Virus record (IMG/VR): IMGVR_UViG_3300027631_000013
DNA: 64,000 nucleotides
Strand: one strand, 5' to 3'
Origin: an uncultured virus (IMG/VR IMGVR_UViG_3300027631_000013)
Lineage: Duplodnaviria; Heunggongvirae; Uroviricota; Caudoviricetes
Positions 59,681 to 64,000 of this stretch are shown piece by piece. Made by a program: the position numbers and the translations under genes. How positions within the stretch are numbered: position 1 is the stretch's first letter; every line of letters begins with the position of its first letter. The notes under the pieces were generated by a model, which did no database searches, was not told where the DNA came from, and worked only from the letters and a program-made list of their open reading frames with translations.

Positions 59681-61660
59681 TTACACACCATATCTGGATC
59701 TCATCAGTTCAAAGTTTTCTCTCATTTCTTTAGGACTTAGAGCTTTGTTGTAAATCTGTACCTGATAAATAGTGCCGTTGAAATAGTCTCCTGATCCGCC
59801 ACCCAAAGTAGCTCTTCCAACATTTACACCAGCAACATCTGTAAGTGTTGTGGAAGCAAGGGCTACATTTCCATCTTCAACGCCATTTATATAAAGTCTC
59901 ATTAATGAACCAGCTCTATCATAAACAACAGCACCACAAAATATTTTTCCTGTATTCACTCTTTGAGAAGAAGATTTACCAGCAGTTCCAGCACCATCGG
60001 CATACAAAGCTGTACCCAAAACATAAAGTTGAAAACCTGTGCCATTTCTTTTTGAAGCTATACAGTTATATCCAGTAGAAGTAGTTTTAAACCAAGCTAT
60101 AATAGTTGCGCTTCCTGTACCCAAATCAAATCTACTTGCTGTTGGAACTGTAGCGAATGATGAAGAGCCGTTAAAGACAAAAGCTCCTCCATGTACAGAA
60201 GAAAATGTCATGCTATTTAATGTTGCTGTGCTTCCACTTCCACTTATTTCATACCAAGAAGCACCACCGCCAGGATAAGAATCAGGATTAGCAGCATCTA
60301 AATGTAAAATAAGGCTTTGTTGAGGTATAGTGTGATATTGAGAAGCAAATTGCCTATATAAGGACAATATCTCGGTCTGGTTTAAAGCTCTGTCATAAAT
60401 TAAAGCTTTTGTAACTTTGCCTTTAAAATATCTTGTTCCGCCAGGGTCTGAACCAATGTAAATATTTGCATACGAATGTGATGCCATTGCAACATTGTTA
60501 TATGCAAATGTTTTATTTAAAGATAATCTTGATTGTGTTGGCTCTACTGCAGCAGTAGCCATAAACCAAGCATTATTAGGCATTGTTAGTCCTGAAGAAA
60601 ACTGTCCGGCATCAAAAGTATTATTCCAATTGTAACCAAGAAAATTTGAACTAGAATAATATTGTAGACCTGTAGCACTACCCCTGTCATAGATTAAACC
60701 TGCATAAGTTTGTTGCAGACCATCAGGATATCCTACAAAAACAAATGTGCCTTCAGTTACCGTATCAGAATATGAAGCAAAAGCGTAGTCGTTAGTCCCA
60801 TCAAAATAAAAATAACCAGACTGTCCAGATCCTGAAAAACTCACTCCATTGAACAAAGTAACATGATTATTATTTCCAGATATGTCGTACCAAACTGTAC
60901 CAACACCAGCATATGACAATGAGGAGTTTGCATCTAAAAAAACTTGTAATCCATCTGTAATTACTGGAGTTTTAATAGAAAGCTTTAACTTATTTGCTTG
61001 AAAGTTTTGTGCAATTTCCGTGTCTGTTAATTCTCTGTTATATATTTTGACAGAGTAGATTCTTCCATTAAAATAAAATCCAGAACCAAAATATTTACCA
61101 AGGAAAACTGATGCAGAATTTGATGCAGTTTTTGATGAATATGTAGTGGAAAGAACACGGTTTCCATCTTTATATATTTTTTTATTTGTCGTAGTACTGT
61201 TAATTGTTGTACTTACGGTTTGAATATTTCTGTTTTCTTGAAATGAAGATGTTACTAAATCATCACCAGTGCCTGAATTGCCTGTTAACCAAGACAAAGT
61301 AGTGTTAAAATAAATCATGTAGTCAGTAGATGAATTATTATCAGCTGAACGTTTTGCAATTAAAGAGGAGTTAGGAACGTAGTTGTAAACATCGTAAACA
61401 ATTTCTATAGTAGCTGATGTTCCTGTTCCAATATTTAAAGAAGTGGAATGAGGTATTTCTATATAGTCATTACTTCCATCTAATTCAAAAAAACCACCAT
61501 AGGAATTATATAAAACACCATTATTTAAAATGCCATTATTTCCATATCCACTAATGTCATACCAAGTGTTTCCAGACCCAGAATATGATTTAGTATTTGT
61601 AGCATCTAAATGTAATACAAGATTAGAGGAAGTTAAGTTTTTACCTTGAAAAAGAGCCAT
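59681..61660 (-). CDS. Protein with three LamG-like domains
   Basis: Three LDA.N..SY.G / Y.(R/K).L...E units. Confidence 0.8.
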   Translation of the reverse strand: MALFQGKNLTSSNLVLHLDATNTKSYSGSGNTWYDISGYGNNGILNNGVLYNSYGGFFELDGSNDYIEIPHSTSLNIGTGTSATIEIVYDVYNYVPNSSLIAKRSADNNSSTDYMIYFNTTLSWLTGNSGTGDDLVTSSFQENRNIQTVSTTINSTTTNKKIYKDGNRVLSTTYSSKTASNSASVFLGKYFGSGFYFNGRIYSVKIYNRELTDTEIAQNFQANKLKLSIKTPVITDGLQVFLDANSSLSYAGVGTVWYDISGNNNHVTLFNGVSFSGSGQSGYFYFDGTNDYAFASYSDTVTEGTFVFVGYPDGLQQTYAGLIYDRGSATGLQYYSSSNFLGYNWNNTFDAGQFSSGLTMPNNAWFMATAAVEPTQSRLSLNKTFAYNNVAMASHSYANIYIGSDPGGTRYFKGKVTKALIYDRALNQTEILSLYRQFASQYHTIPQQSLILHLDAANPDSYPGGGASWYEISGSGSTATLNSMTFSSVHGGAFVFNGSSSFATVPTASRFDLGTGSATIIAWFKTTSTGYNCIASKRNGTGFQLYVLGTALYADGAGTAGKSSSQRVNTGKIFCGAVVYDRAGSLMRLYINGVEDGNVALASTTLTDVAGVNVGRATLGGGSGDYFNGTIYQVQIYNKALSPKEMRENFELMRSRYGV

Positions 61661-63786
61661 TATATTCCAAATCTCCCTCTTAAAGCATTGAAGTTTTGTG
61701 TGATTTCTGCTTGTGATAATTCTCTGTCATACATCATCACAAGGTAGATTTCACCCTTCCACCAATAGTCGCTTACCCCTGAACTTAAGCCTCCAGCATA
61801 AGCGCCTATAACGTATCTACTTAATGTAATGTCGCCAGTACCAAGAGAATTGGATGAAAGTGAAGGTGATATTTTTGTAACACTATCTGTATCTAAAATC
61901 GAGATTGCTGTTCCTGCGTAAGATCTTGAAAGACCTAATTGATATACAGTATTGTTTTGGAAAGTGGTTGGAGAACTGCTTTCATCATATGTAGATAAAG
62001 TAGTAAATGCAAAATTGAATGTTTTGTATGCTGATGGATTGTCAAGTCCAATTCCAATCCCATTATTTCTAGAAGCAGCAAAATCAGTAGTGTCTATTGC
62101 ATACTGCCTACCTGAACCGCTCATTGTTTTACACCAGACATATACTGACAATTCTTGTTTATTAGTCAGGTTTTTACTAGTAGTGCAAAGAAAAGCTGCT
62201 TTAGATGTGTTGCCATTAAAATAAAAACCATTATTTTGGAATACAGGCAAAGAAGTTCCATAAGTGACCATTCTTGCATGGTTTTGATTTCCACTTAAGT
62301 CATACCATTTAGTGCCCTTGCCTGGATATGAGTTTTTATCAGCGGCATCTAAAAGTAATACCAAGCCTTTTCTTACAATATCTGGATTAAATGAGTTTTG
62401 AATTGCTCTATAGTTTTGACCAATTTCTGTATTAGTAAGTGCTCTGTTGTAAACTTTAACATTGTAAACATTAACATTAGGGCCAAGATAAGCTCCAGTG
62501 TCAAATCTACCAATATTTACTGGTTTAGCATTGTCATAAGATAATGATGCTGTATATGGTACTGTTGATGTTAGTCTGCCATTAATGAAAGTCTTGATAC
62601 TGTTCAAATCATATGTCATTGCATAGTGGTAAGTTTTATTCACTACTACATTTGAAAAACTCATAGAAGTACCATCAGCATTCAAATACCAAGTTAATAC
62701 ATTTGAGTTTGCACCTGAATATAAAGCCCAAGTTGCACCAGCTCCATTTAAAGGCTTATTGATGATATGTTCATAACCAGAGATTGTCCCAGTTAATTTA
62801 AATGTAATCTCTGCGGACATTCTTGTTAGTCCATTAAAAGCTGTGGCAGAATCAGTAATAAAATAATCATCTGTACCATCAAATGCAATCCCACCACCAT
62901 TTTCTGAAGTAAACGCAGCTCCAGAAAAAAGCTTCCCATGAGCATAAGAATTAGAAAGATCAGCCCATACAGTAGATCCAGAACCAGAAAAAGATTGTGG
63001 ATTTGAAGCATCTAAATGAAAAATTAAACCATCAGTAACATATGGTTGTGATTTCTTTACATATTTTTGCACAGTTGATAAATATAAAGATCTAACTTCT
63101 TCTGCTGAAAGATTTCTATTATAAAATTGTGCTGAAGCTATTTGACCTTTGAGATATCCATAACCCCAAGGAACTCTACCAAAAGCAGTTCCTGTGCCTG
63201 TTACACTTGATTTACTACCTGTAGTAGACCTATCAATCACACCATTCACAAATATTCTTTGTAGATAATTTAAATTGTTATAGCAAAATACAACATGGTA
63301 CCAATTGTTAGCAACAGGAACGGTTACACTTGCAGAATCATTAGCCCAAAGACCTAAATGAAATGACGTACCTCTTTGAAGAAGGTGGACATTACCGTTA
63401 GTACCACATATACCTTGATCAACTCCAATGTTAATACCATCAAACTTAATCCAAAAAGCAACGGACCAGGAATTATCTACCCAAAATGTTGATGGAATAC
63501 TTGAACAATCTATATAGTCATTAGAACCATCAAAAATAAAATATCCACGATTGCTTGATGAATAGGCAACACCATTAGTGAGAGTGCCATTTCTTCCATT
63601 ACCAGATAAATCATAAACTGTATTTCCAGAACCAGAATATGATTTAGGATTAGTGGCATCATAATAAGCAACTAATTCATCTCTTAAGATTCTCGGACCA
63701 ACACCTCTACTGATCCCAAGGTCACGAGCAGAATATCCAATTGCGGCTATTCTGTTATTAAAAAATCCTTGGGTAATTAGAGACAT
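61660..63786 (-). CDS. Protein with three LamG-like domains
   Basis: Three conserved LamG-like units. Confidence 0.8.
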   Translation of the reverse strand: MSLITQGFFNNRIAAIGYSARDLGISRGVGPRILRDELVAYYDATNPKSYSGSGNTVYDLSGNGRNGTLTNGVAYSSSNRGYFIFDGSNDYIDCSSIPSTFWVDNSWSVAFWIKFDGINIGVDQGICGTNGNVHLLQRGTSFHLGLWANDSASVTVPVANNWYHVVFCYNNLNYLQRIFVNGVIDRSTTGSKSSVTGTGTAFGRVPWGYGYLKGQIASAQFYNRNLSAEEVRSLYLSTVQKYVKKSQPYVTDGLIFHLDASNPQSFSGSGSTVWADLSNSYAHGKLFSGAAFTSENGGGIAFDGTDDYFITDSATAFNGLTRMSAEITFKLTGTISGYEHIINKPLNGAGATWALYSGANSNVLTWYLNADGTSMSFSNVVVNKTYHYAMTYDLNSIKTFINGRLTSTVPYTASLSYDNAKPVNIGRFDTGAYLGPNVNVYNVKVYNRALTNTEIGQNYRAIQNSFNPDIVRKGLVLLLDAADKNSYPGKGTKWYDLSGNQNHARMVTYGTSLPVFQNNGFYFNGNTSKAAFLCTTSKNLTNKQELSVYVWCKTMSGSGRQYAIDTTDFAASRNNGIGIGLDNPSAYKTFNFAFTTLSTYDESSSPTTFQNNTVYQLGLSRSYAGTAISILDTDSVTKISPSLSSNSLGTGDITLSRYVIGAYAGGLSSGVSDYWWKGEIYLVMMYDRELSQAEITQNFNALRGRFGI

Positions 63787-63789
63787 TTT

Positions 63790-64000
63790 TTAAGTCCTTG
63801 ATGTTGGTGCTGTTGCTGAATTAAGGGTAAATGTCTTTACTGCTGTCGTACCATCATTAGCATACATGGTCATTGTTGTTCCAGAAATCACCCACTTACC
63901 AAATCCTTGAGCTCTTGCAGCATTTAAACAATCACCAATAGTTTCTGCAGTGTTTGATACCGGAATTGCTTGTGTTGTATCTAAATATGCACCAGCTTCT
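63790..64000 (-). CDS. 3' end of an upstream virion gene (partial)
   Basis: Translated by hand: ...EAGAYLDTTQAIPVSNTAETIGDCLNAARAQGFGKWVISGTTMTMYANDGTTAVKTFTLNSATAPTSRT*. Confidence 0.75.
   Translation of the reverse strand, partial: EAGAYLDTTQAIPVSNTAETIGDCLNAARAQGFGKWVISGTTMTMYANDGTTAVKTFTLNSATAPTSRT

Noticed and set aside
1..64000. Stop-codon reassignment as in some huge phages
   Set aside because: ORFs tile the window under code 11, and TAA, TAG and TGA all end genes at plausible C-termini.

Overview
AT-rich, gene-dense segment that reads as part of a very large (jumbo/huge) tailed phage genome using standard code 11. No capsid, terminase or polymerase gene is in the window, so the phage call is inferred from gene content. 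Left 18 kb: putative virion-internal proteins, a nucleotide-sugar/glycosyltransferase cluster (RfbB-like dehydratase, epimerase, sugar C-methyltransferase, GTs), Fe-S carrier IscA/ErpA, Fe/Mn-SOD, a ferritin-like protein, two secreted secretin-N0(STN)-like proteins, a DUF1257/DUF2997-like pair, a CHAP lysin and a nitrilase. Right 46 kb: one minus-strand fibre/adhesin block with 4512-aa and 1602-aa fibre proteins, about 16 LamG/ConA-like genes (about 26 domains) and a tandemly duplicated beta-helix cassette, with visible recombination scars. Best candidate for something new: the only long ORF-free gap (about 6026-6799) folds by eye into a roughly 770-nt, heavily structured RNA with GNRA tetraloops, an embedded degenerate tRNA-like cloverleaf, a 3' pseudoknot and its own terminator. 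It is either a GOLLD/ROOL-class giant RNA or a new class. All calls come from reading the sequence; no database search or folding program was run.
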